Source: Paramecium tetraurelia
Lineage: Eukaryota
Reading direction: 5' to 3'
Assembly (NCBI GenBank): GCA_000165425.1
Contig: CT868028.1
Coordinates: 236,455 to 256,454, forward strand
Length of the DNA: 20,000 nt
Under the pieces are notes generated by a model. That model was given only the letters and a program-made list of their open reading frames with translations. It was not told the origin of the DNA and did no database searches. The number at the start of each line of letters is the position of its first letter. Position 1 is the first letter of the stretch. A program made the translations under genes and the position numbers. Positions 1-10,649 of this stretch are shown in pieces.

Positions 1-1275
1 TTGCTCAATAATCAAGGCAACCTATTCTTATTTTACGAGTCTTACGTTTAGCAATTAAATGTACGACAGTCAATTATTATTTCTAGTGGGAGAAGCAATT
101 GAAGAGATTTTCCAAACAATAAAATTTTTCCAATAAATACACAATTCAAGAGAAACTTTCTATATAAAATCATTACGCTTGTGTGAAGAACAAAAACAGT
201 ATATATATTTATATGAACCAAAGATCGTGTCTATACTGTTTAACTCATAAGATTGTCGAGTCTGAGTGAATAACTTTATGAAGCTCTGATGAACGAAATA
301 AACATCTTAATGTGTTTCAAACAAAATGGATTGCATCAGTTCCACTCTTTATTTGAGGATGGAGACATCCTCTACATATTGTATGACTATTGGGTAGGAG
401 ACACTTTGTATAAATTGATCCAACAAGGGTTTAAATTGACAGCTTCTTAAATAGCCCAAATAATCTTCCAGATTGTCAAAGTGGTTCGTTTTTTGCACCA
501 GAATAATCTATATCATGGAGCCATACTTCCGACCAATATAATTTTGCACAGAGTGACAACTCCTTCGAATCAATAAGGACAATAATTGAAAATTACGATA
601 TTCAATTTTGCCTATAGAGATGCGAATCAATACAGTTTGGCTTGGCTGAATAAGAAAGTGCCAAAGTAATGGATACCGCCTGAATTTAACATCCTACAGA
701 TCAAACCTGAGTTTTCTAATATTGATGGATATCAAATTGGAGTCTTGTTGTACTATTTGACCTTCCACACAAATGCTAACAAATCATAATTGTCATTTTA
801 CAAATCGCTAGATAATTTTAAAATAGATTATCAATGGTTGAAGTCAATAAAATAGGAATAATAAAAGGAATACTCCTTTTCTCTGATTGAATTGTTGTGT
901 GGGTTGTTGGACCCAGATTTTTAGAATAGGATTACTTTGAACAACGCTTTAGCTCATTAGTGGTTAACAAATCAGAGACAAAAATAAAATGTTTAAAATG
1001 AGAAACCTAAGATATTGCCATCTTTGAGGACAATATTGGAATTGAGAGAGCAAAGTTCTTGTGAAATGCTTTCATCTCGACTTGGTAAGGAGGAACTGCA
1101 TGTAACAAGTTCAAGCGAGGATGATGTGGAGTTCTGTGATGATGAATACATACATAGAATTTCAAAAGAAAATAATAAAATACCATATTATTAAAATATA
1201 CTGAATTTGATTCCAAACAAACATCCATCTAGAAGTAAATAAGTTATAGATTAATGTTAAGAGAGTTAATTTTGA
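1..1275 (+). CDS. Protein kinase-fold protein (CAMK-like), predicted catalytically dead pseudokinase; 5' end lies outside the window
   Basis: With code 6 and introns 61-86 (26 nt) and 199-223 (25 nt) the frame is open to TGA 1273-1275. Kinase subdomain landmarks: LMNEINIL (alphaC Glu), LFEDGDILYILYDY, QIVKVVRFLHQNNLYHGAILPTNIIL, WIPPE, IDGYQIGVLLYYL, LLDPDFQNRITLNNALAHQWL. Confidence 0.88.
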
Positions 1276-1353
1276 TTAAATATCTATATATGTATGATTA
1301 ACAATGATTTCAATATAATAATTTAAATAATTAATTGGAATCAAATATGTTTT

Positions 1354-3818
1354 ATGAAATCTTGCTATGTAGTTCATGGCTTTGCAATGCTTTTTATTCT
1401 TTAGATCTTGAGTAATCTTCCATATATAATTTTGAAAGTTGTGGTTATTGATAGTTGAGTTGTTGATACTGATAATGTTTTTGTTGTTATAATATGGCAA
1501 GGAAAGAAAAAAATATTGTATGTTTGTTTCTCCGATCATGATTATCTCACTCAACATAATATGTATGAAATAGAATATACAATAGAAATCTTTGACAATT
1601 ACAACAGATATTCCTTCATCACATTCCTACTGCCAATAGCGATTTATTAATAGAATGACAAAGAGACATTTGTGAATCGATACTTTATGCTGATCAAGTT
1701 GTTGCATCTCCTCTTGTTGATGCTCTATTACAGTTTAATAGACTTTGACGATGGTTAGCCTCTGATCCAGTTTCTGATAGTGAGTTTGCTCATCCTAGCC
1801 AAAAATCATCATCACGAAGGGGAACCAAAGGTAACTCAAAACAACCTAACGATGATTGAGGAAACTTGCAATCTGAAGACTCAAACCGAATACGATAAGA
1901 TAACTGATGCCACTAATGGAATAGTGGGTGTAATTAAATTAAATGAATAATTTGAAATAATTTACTAGAATAAAAAATCTTCCTACTTAATGGAGGATAA
2001 ATCAATCAACGAAATATTAATGCAAGCCCCCACTCTGATAGACAAATAAACCAAGTAGCTACTCCAAGAATAATGCAATATCAAATTACAATCAGTCCAA
2101 GATTTCAGAGAATCCTTAACATAAATTTCCCTGAAAGAACTGCTCGAGATCATTAAGACGAACCTCCCTCTTCCACATTAATTGGATGTGTATGTTCTCC
2201 AGGATTTCGAAATGTTTTACTTTTAAATTCTCATAAACAAAGAGAGTTGTGATAAAACAACCTATAATATAGTGTTCTAGGATATGTCTGATTATTCTCA
2301 TTACATCAAGAAGAAACACTCTCAAACAACTATGAAACAACTATTCAAGAGTTTCAGTCATGAGTTGAATACCTCTTTGAATTACATCTTGGCTCTGGCT
2401 CAAGTGGCTCAATGTCATGAGAATGTACCTAAGACAGTGTCAGAGAAGTATTTTCTGCCCATTTTACATTGCGGCAGGATTATGCATAGTTTAATTAGTG
2501 ACATAATGGATTACAATCTAATCTTAAGCAAATAATTCAATGTAGAAGTGAGTAATTTTAACATACCATAATTAATAAGTGAGGTTGTCGATCTATTCAA
2601 ATACTAAGTAAATCAGAAACATCTTAAGATTCAATTCCAAAACAACCTTTTGAATTATGATTTAGTTAGTGACAGAAATAGAATTAGATAAATTTTAATC
2701 AATTTAGTATCAAATGCACAAAAATTCACTTTTTCTGGTTAAATCAGAATCCAAGTAGGAGCAGTCGTCAACAATAAATAATTATGTGTTATCTTCCATG
2801 TATTCGATACAGGCATTGGAATGAAACAAGATGAAGTGGAACGATTGCATCAACTCTTGTCTTCAGGCATACCATAATCAGCTAGAATCTCACAAAATAC
2901 AGCTGGATTTGGATTGGGATTATATATTTCCAACAAGATTGCTGAAGTGCTGAGTCAAACTCGATATGAGAAGGGAGGAGGATTGAGATTCGAATCAAAA
3001 TATTAATCAGGGTTTCATGCTTGGTTCATGGCTAGAAATTAATCCTACAGTCCTGTCTATTAATAAAGCAATCCTACACCCATTGTTCGCATCAGAAAGA
3101 AGATCTAAATAGATACCATGGAATCGCAAATAAGCAGAGTCAATGCATTACCAATGAGATAGAAGTTTTCGTAGATCCTTGGAATCAAAGATTTCAAATC
3201 AGAAAGAGGATTGAATAAAGAATTGTCACTCAAATTGCGTTAACCACCATCCAAAATAGCAAGAGAATTGTTTCTTGCTGCAATTTCATCTGAAAGGAGA
3301 ATTGAATCACTTAGTATCAATTAAGAGACAAATGATTAAGAATTTCAGAATAGAATCAAACATTTGAATGAAAATTGTACAAATAATTAGAAATGCAATT
3401 GTCCTCAAATTCTGATCGTTGATGATGAATAAATAAATATCATGGCTTTGTCAATGATGCTTGATCAAATGGGCTACTCAAGTGACTCAGTATTCAATGG
3501 AGAAGAATGTGTCAACCTCATCTTCAGTAATCAGAAGAAATGTAATGTATAATCTACTATTCTGTAGCCAAATGTAATAAATGCAGATCCTAACAATATC
3601 GTATGATCTTCATGGATATCAACATGCCAATCTTAGATGGCATACAAGCAACAGTCAGAATCAAATCCAAATACTCCAACATCATAGTTATTGCATGCAC
3701 TGCCTTCTCGGACACAGAAACTCGAAACATTTGTTATAAAAGCGGAATGAGTTATCACATTCAAAAACCAGTCAAAAAAGACTAACTCATTGAAATACTA
3801 TCTTATTATTTAAATTGA
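1354..3818 (+). CDS. Membrane-bound hybrid histidine kinase (TM helices, HisKA, HATPase_c, receiver)
   Basis: H-box FKSFSHELNTSLN (His at 2359), N-box DRNRIRQILINLVSNAQKFT, G1 VFDTGIGM, G2 NTAGFGLGL, receiver ILIVDDE...IFMDINMPILDG...ACTA...IQKPV. Introns 1563-1585 and 3542-3567; stop TGA 3816-3818. The start is uncertain (ATG at 1347 or 1354) because the first exon does not join cleanly. Confidence 0.93.
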
Positions 3819-3870
3819 TTATATATATAAGTATTTAAGTCTGTTTCATATTTAAACAAAATAACAACTT

Positions 3871-5445
3871 TCATTTCTCCTCTTTACCATATACCTTATC
3901 TATCTCCGTGTGATTCAATCCCTTTGTCTCCTTTACAGAAAAGTAAAAAAATAAAATGCTGCTGACTGTTAATATTGCGAATACTACAAAAGATCCACTC
4001 ATCTGCAAACTACTGAGCATGAAAGGGAATATGTATAAGACCAGTAATTGCCAGGCGTATAGAGTCACAAAACAAAAGTAAGTTCCCTCACTTGAATTTA
4101 TCTCAGGAGTCATAGACTATTTATAACTAACTTAATTACCCAAGTGATTGGACCCAATGTTAAAGCGTACAAAAATGAAAACAAACATATTACTATAAAC
4201 TTTACTATTACTGCTGCCATAACGTCAGTGTAACTCAAGCCAATTATTAATATTTGACATATTATCATAAAAAATAATCCTGACAATAGGATAATTCGTT
4301 TTCCCCATTTTCTATAAACAAATGATGATATGAAAGCAGGGGTAAATTATACAATGCCTAAAATCAGTGTAAAGAATGTATTTAAAGTCACATCTCCATC
4401 TGACATAGATGCAAAAAACTGAGAGCTATATGAGAATATGGCAAATAATCCACACCACGTATAAACAAACATCAAGACACAACCTATCGCTAATGTCTTT
4501 CTATTTTTTCTCGTAAACAGACTCATTATGCCTTCTTTATGTTCTTCATCATACGAAACTCTTAATTAACTTTTTTGGAATGCTTATTCAACACACACTG
4601 GTTAATAAATATATGCTATTATTCCTTTTGCCTTTATTGGCTTATGTTTAATTATCAATGATATTGGACTATCCATCTTATACAGAATTGTCAATACTGT
4701 AAATCGGAATAAGAACACAACTGCTGGAATTGCAAATACAATCTACCAATAATGAGAGTCCTTTCCTCTCAAATCGCTGTTTATATAGCCTAAGCCCATG
4801 AAATTTGCAAAAAGCAACCCTCCACCCACAAAGAAACCTGACATTACTGAGAACTTATCATAGTATTTCTATGGACACAATTCCTTTAAATATATGGGCA
4901 TTATGATGGTTTAAATGCCGATGCAAACTCCATAAAAAAATCGGAATGTTAAAATAACTTCTCGGTTTGGAATCACTGCAAAAATACTTAAAAAACCACA
5001 AAAATCTGCGATTATGAGTGATTAATTCCGAGTTGTGTATTTCAATAAGAATTTCGTAAAAATTGCACCAACAAGACAACCAATAGACAAAATTGCACTA
5101 AAAAATCCTTATTCAGATGTTTCTGATCCCTTTAATTCACTACCAGTTATATTAAATGAAATACATCTAAGAAAACACTGTAGAAAATGACATCGATAAG
5201 TAAGGCAAAGAGTAGCCCAATCCAAAATTACCAGATAATATTGCTACCATTATGACTGTAAAGTGAAATTTAGAATTCACATCCTCATCAATCTCATGAT
5301 CTAACTGGACAGTATGGGTTTTATCGATTATCAATTGATCCTTTTATTTATAAACGGGAGGTTTAAATTTAGATAGTGAACCATGAGTGTGCTCTATTTC
5401 AAAATGTTCTAATTCATTCGTTGAAAATGGAAGCTAATGCTACAT
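3871..5445 (-). CDS. Major facilitator superfamily sugar porter (GLUT-like)
   Basis: ATG at 5445 (MQHQLPFSTNELEHFE...). Multiple hydrophobic helices and sugar-porter motifs FRFFYGVCIG, PIYLKELCP, MDSP, GKRIILLSG, LGPITWSMTPEI, VKETKGL. Introns near 5140-5164 and 4117-4139; stop at 3871-3873. Confidence 0.93.
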
Positions 5446-5719
5446 TTGTCAAATTTAATCACAAATATACAAACTTTATAAAAATAATATCACATTTAAG
5501 TTAATATTCTGTTGAATCATATCATTTAATATTATGCGTGAATAAGCAACATTGACATAATTAAACAATTATCAATATATAGTTGTATGAAGACTGATAT
5601 GATTTTTCTTTTTAAAAAATGGAGATCTGATAGGCAATGCAATTCCCTGATTAATATAAAATATATTTGGAAATACGCACTTTGAGTTTTTATGAGTAAT
5701 TAAATTTTTTAGTAAAAAT
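5446..5719. promoter_or_regulatory. Divergent (head-to-head) intergenic region between sugar porter and PEX11
   Basis: 274-nt AT-rich spacer between two outward-facing ATGs. Promoter function is inferred from position only. Confidence 0.45.
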
Positions 5720-6461
5720 ATGCAAACACTTGATTCAACTGTTAAATGGTTCAACAAGACCGAGGGAAGGGACAAAATATGCAAAGTCATGCAATATGGA
5801 TCCAGATTTTTAATGTGGCATCTTAAAACTAACTCTGGCAATGAATAATTGTCCAATCAATTTAAGAATTTATTTTGTACTTGATTTGTTTATCCATATA
5901 TAGAAAGCACAAGAGATGCCAGAAAATTATTCAGATTAGCCAAATCGTTGAATGAATTGTAAACTATTATTGATAAAGTGGGTCAAAATTGCAAAACTCC
6001 TCAAGAGTAGGTTGCTCGGGCATTAAATATCTTAACCAGAGTATGGTTTTTATTATATTGGTAATCAAATGTATTTAAGTTTTAGGTTCTACGATAACTT
6101 GAGTGTGTTATCAACCATCAAGTTCACTACCAGCGACCCAAAGCCTTTGTAAAAAAAAGCAATGACATTTTGGTTTATTGCAATAATTACAAACTTGGTT
6201 GACACAATAAGACAATTGGTCGTCAACATCTAATATATCTAACAAAACAAAAATAATCAAACTGCTTAGCAATAGATTGTTAATAAGCATGTTTAAAATA
6301 GGACTCTTTATTTAAATTTGATAAAGATATTTGGAGATCTAATGCCCGCTGGTTAAGGATCAGAGTTTTTCCCCAAAGTATTAAAAATCAACCTAAACGA
6401 TGGAGTTATTGGTCTTGGAGGTCTTGTATCAGGCGCTGTTGCTGCTTATTAAGCATATTGA
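5720..6461 (+). CDS. PEX11: Peroxisomal biogenesis factor 11
   Basis: MQTLDSTVKWFNKTEGRDKICKVMQYGSRFL, STRDARKLFRLAKSLNE, LIKIFGDL, NDGVIGLGGLVSG. Introns 5877-5903, 6061-6085, 6279-6301; TGA 6459-6461. Confidence 0.93.
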
Positions 6462-6500
6462 TTAATATTAAGGAATCATATTATAAAATAAAATAATAAA

Positions 6501-8291
6501 ATGAATTAAAGATAATATGAAATAACTCGTATTCCTAGCAATCTGAAAGCTTTGTCTAACTTTACAAATTGGATTTGTGTTGGATAGTTAATAGAAGAGG
6601 CAATGCTTGTAGGATTAATAGAGTATCATATTAAAGTCAACTAAGTTTAGATAATCTAATCATAAATACTTGGGTCTAATTAATAAAATTAGGCAATGTA
6701 AAAAATTAATACATTACTCAATAATTCTAAAAACAAGCCTAATAGATTTAAATCATTTATAGAAGAAGTCAAAATATAAGATCCTTATGGTTAATGGTTT
6801 AAAGATGTAATTAAATCATATTTCAGATATAATTTCAAAACATGCCCTTCAGATTAGTTTAAGTTTTTAAGCGACACTTTTAAGGTCTAGTTTATTGTAA
6901 TTGAACAACCAAATTCGAATTCATAATAGTTATATGGTATAGAAACTTATGGAGGAATTAATAAAATCATTTTATACAAATATCAAGAAAAATACTACCT
7001 TATCTTGACACAAATTGAAAAAAAATGCCATTTATGCAAAAATAAAATCAATTTAATTGATTTAAAATGTTAACATTAAATGTGTTATAATTGTATTTAG
7101 AAACAATTTGAGCAATCAAAATCAGTATAATATATTAAATGTAATCTCCTTGGATGTACAGAATACATATATAAATCATTCTATTTGAATCTCTAAAAAG
7201 AATATTAATAAAATCTTTGTATTTAATGTCATCAAATTGTTCCAATAAATCATCAAACCTGTTAGAGTTGCAAGGAATAAAATGAAAAATAATTACAAGA
7301 AACTTATATTGAATAAAAATAATCTAATGCTGAATAAGTTGAATAATAATAGAATTAGACTTAATAGAATTAAATAGATCAGGAATAAGATAAAAAATAA
7401 GATATTACCTAATCTAGTATTTAGAATAAAAATAATAATGTATAAATGGAAATAGAATATGATACATAGAATGCTATATAGAAATGTGCTCATTGTAAAA
7501 AAGGTTTTGAATAGAATTAAGTTATCTAAACTCCATGTTAACATTATTATTGCAAAGAATGCGCTTTAAAATAGTGTGAATTTCGAAATTAATTTATCTG
7601 TTTATAATGTGGATATTATATTTAAGTAGATTATGTAAAATTGGCGTTATATAAACCTAATAAAAATTAAGATTAGTAATGCTGTAAATGCAAAGAAAGT
7701 TGATTAATGAAAGCCTTTTATTTCAAAATTAATGTTTTCATTACATTTGTGCCTCTTGTCTAGAAGATTTGGCTTCAAAATAAACTTATTTGAGATGTCC
7801 TAATCTTAAGTGTGGTAAGGGCATTATTATTAATGATGCAGATCTTTACTTAGATAGAATATTAACTTTGAAAATTCAATAAACAGAATAAGAATCATAA
7901 GTTAATTAGATAGAATCAAAGAAAGAATAAAATTAATAAATAGGTTAGTAACAACATTAGCAAAGTAATATCCAAGCTTAAATGGTTTAAAACGATAAGA
8001 ATGAAAGCTCTTAAAAGAAAATCTAAAATTAAAATAATTTAGAAAGAAGCTTAATACAATTAGATGAACCGTAAAATTGTACATTTTGCGGTTCTTCATT
8101 TACGGAATTTAATACTCGGCAATTTTTATCTCAGTGCTAAGATTCAAGACATTTCATCGGAGTTTGTTGTTTGATATTTCCATTAGATTGCCCTTAATGC
8201 CAATTCAAGTCACTCAAGATTGAAAAAGGTGTAAATTAATATTAATTTTAGATAGCTTTAGATTTTACTTACCACAAGCAAATAGTTATGA
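6501..8291 (+). CDS. Multi-RING-finger protein (putative E3 ubiquitin ligase) with Gln-rich linkers; contains an apparent frameshift near 7692
   Basis: C3HC4-type clusters CHLC..LKCQHQMCYNC..IKCNLLGC (about 7026-7160), CAHC..PCQHYYCKEC..CLQC (about 7485-7610), CCKC/..QCFHYICASC..RCPNLKC (about 7680-7815), and a degenerate CTFC..QCQDSRHFIGVCC..DCPQC. The 3' end depends on which acceptor follows the donor near 8231 (TGA at 8291, about 8319 or about 8486). Confidence 0.8.
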
Positions 8292-8553
8292 TTCCTAAGT
8301 TTTTAATTAATATAATTGAGTTAAATTCAAAATTCAATTAATTTTATTCTTCAAATTCTATTGATTGCACATTCTTTTAAGATCTGGTTCTTAATTAAAT
8401 CTGTATAGCCATGAATTCTGAAGTCATTAGACTTTAGAAAATAATTTATTTTTTTGCACCATTACGTAAAACAAAATAGGTATTGACAATTTACAAATAT
8501 CTTCCATTCAATTTTATACTAATTTTCTTCACAATAAATAAATTCATAAATTA

Positions 8554-10549
8554 ATGTAGTAGTAATAATAAGATCTTGAAAATTTTTCAGTAGATTGGTC
8601 CCAAGTAACTAAACCTAAATTGAGTGAAAAGAGAATAAAAAAATAAGAAATCAAATAAAATATACCAACAGAAGTGAATGTCTTTGAAAGAATCTAAAAT
8701 TGTTTTAGATATAGGATTGCGACTTTAATTACTCAACTGGGATAACCATAATATTACTGCAAATTTGATCCGAAAATAAAAAGAACAGTTTAATCCAATA
8801 ATAACTAAAAGAAAAAATTAGAAGAATAGTTATCTAAAATTGCTACTCAATTAGAATTGAGTTGTCGATTCATCACTAGATCAATGTTTTAAATAACTAG
8901 ATAACCTTTACTCAAATCCATGGGAAGTAAATATTGTAAAAATATGAATCAGTCGATATACGAAGCATATTGAACAAAGCCATGAATGATAAAGAATTTT
9001 AGAAATTATATTTGGATTTAGATGATTAAAGTGAAGAGCAAAGAAAAAAGGAGGAAGAGACGGAAAAATTATTGGCTTAAATATAGCCGTTGTCTGAGCC
9101 TGAAGTCAGAGAAGAAATTGAAAAATTGCGGAAAAAACACAATTTAAATCAAAATTAATATTTATACGTAATATAAGGAGAATACTTTAATGATATGAAA
9201 ACCTTATTTAATTCATTAGGTAAAGAATTACACTACTTTTTATTAGGTTGGGTAGAAATAGATGATGTTTACACATAAGTTTACGATTTTAAATTTTGCT
9301 ACTTAAAGAAGTTTTTGCATAAACCTACTCCAGAATAAGTTGTAAGTAGATTTGCTAGTTCAAAATTATTAACAACAAAGTTTGGATTGGCAAGATCTTT
9401 GAAAAGTTGTTATATATTAGGAGGAGTTGACTCTAATACATTCTTCCCTAGATGTTACGATTTGAGTGATGAGGGTGATTTTGAAGACTTTTTGGAAGAG
9501 TACAAATTTACATTTGCAGAAAATTATATTAAGAAGAACCCAAAGGATGAATAAAAGATATAAATCGCAATATAAATCTTAAATTATAAGTTAATGTCCA
9601 TTTAAGATAAAATCAATCGAATTGTACAATTTACTTGATATTTAGACTGCTGAAGATTATCCAGTTTGTACACCTTAACAATGGTAAATTTTGTATAAAA
9701 AACCAGAACCAAAGCAAGATATTGTTCAATTTGATAATCAAAATATAATGGAATCAGTTAAATAAATATTATAAGATCTTAGTAATGTTGACCCTTAATT
9801 TAAAATTTCTAAAGGTGAGAATATTTGGGTCACTAAACCTTGTGGATTGTCGAGAGGAAGAGGAGTGAAATATTTCAAGGCATTAGAGGATATACTAGCT
9901 TATACTTTTGGAGCTAAGGATGTGAACTTTGTGGCTTAAAAGTGTTTGGAAAATATAATGACAATTTAAAAAAGGAAATTTGACATTAGATAGTGGATAA
10001 TTGTGTCTGATATTCAGCCATTGACAATTTGGATGTATAGAGAATGTTACGTTCGATTTTGTGGTGTTGAATATAATACAGATGACTTAAAAAATAGGTA
10101 TGAAATTTATTACAATCAATAGATACGCTCATCTAACTAACTTTAGTGTCCAAAAAAATAATGAGGAAAATTAGGAGGAGAAGTTAATGATGACTTAAGA
10201 GGAATTTGTTTAAATATTAAAAGAAAGAGGATGTGACTTTGAGAGTTAAGTGAGAGAAAAATTCAAAAGCATCATTATAGCTACAATGAAATCTTGTTAA
10301 AAGTCTTTTGAGATAAGAAAGAATACTTTCGAAGTGTTTGGATTAGATTTCATAGTTGACGAGGATTGCAATCCTTGGTTAATTGAGGTAAATGCTTCTC
10401 CAACTTTTGCTTTTTCAACTCCTGTAACGGAAAGATTAAATAAAATTGGACTGACAGATTTGGGACAATTCATTGTAGAACATATCTACAATAAAACAAA
10501 AAAAAAGAATTATGGTGGATGGGAATTTATTTATAAATAAAAATTATGA
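8554..10549 (+). CDS. TTLL3: Tubulin-tyrosine ligase-like protein, TTLL3/8-type tubulin glycylase
   Basis: LTTKFGLARSL, TFFPRCYDL, NIWVTKPCGLSRGRGV, KRKFDIRQW, PLTIWMYRECYVRF, HLTNFSVQK, FEVFGLDFIVDEDCNPWLIEVNASP. Introns about 8927-8952, 9220-9246, 9624-9645, 10098-10122; TGA 10547-10549. The subfamily call rests on recalled motifs. Confidence 0.9.
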
Positions 10550-10649
10550 ATTTAATTTAAACTTATATTCCATCTTTTACTGATGTTCTTATTTTATGAA
10601 TGATTTTCTAGATATTTTAAATAATACAACATTGAATACTAATTCAAGA

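Noticed and set aside
1400..1430. Possible retained TA-bounded IES explaining the HK frame problem
   Set aside because: The TA-to-TA excision I tried (1402-1427) leads to an immediate TGA, and there is no TAYAG-like end consensus.
8334..8507. Minus-strand 58-codon ORF with one internal in-frame TGA (8424-8426), a possible readthrough or selenoprotein
   Set aside because: With TGA the only stop, ~30-codon open runs are common by chance. There is no recognisable motif or SECIS-like hairpin.
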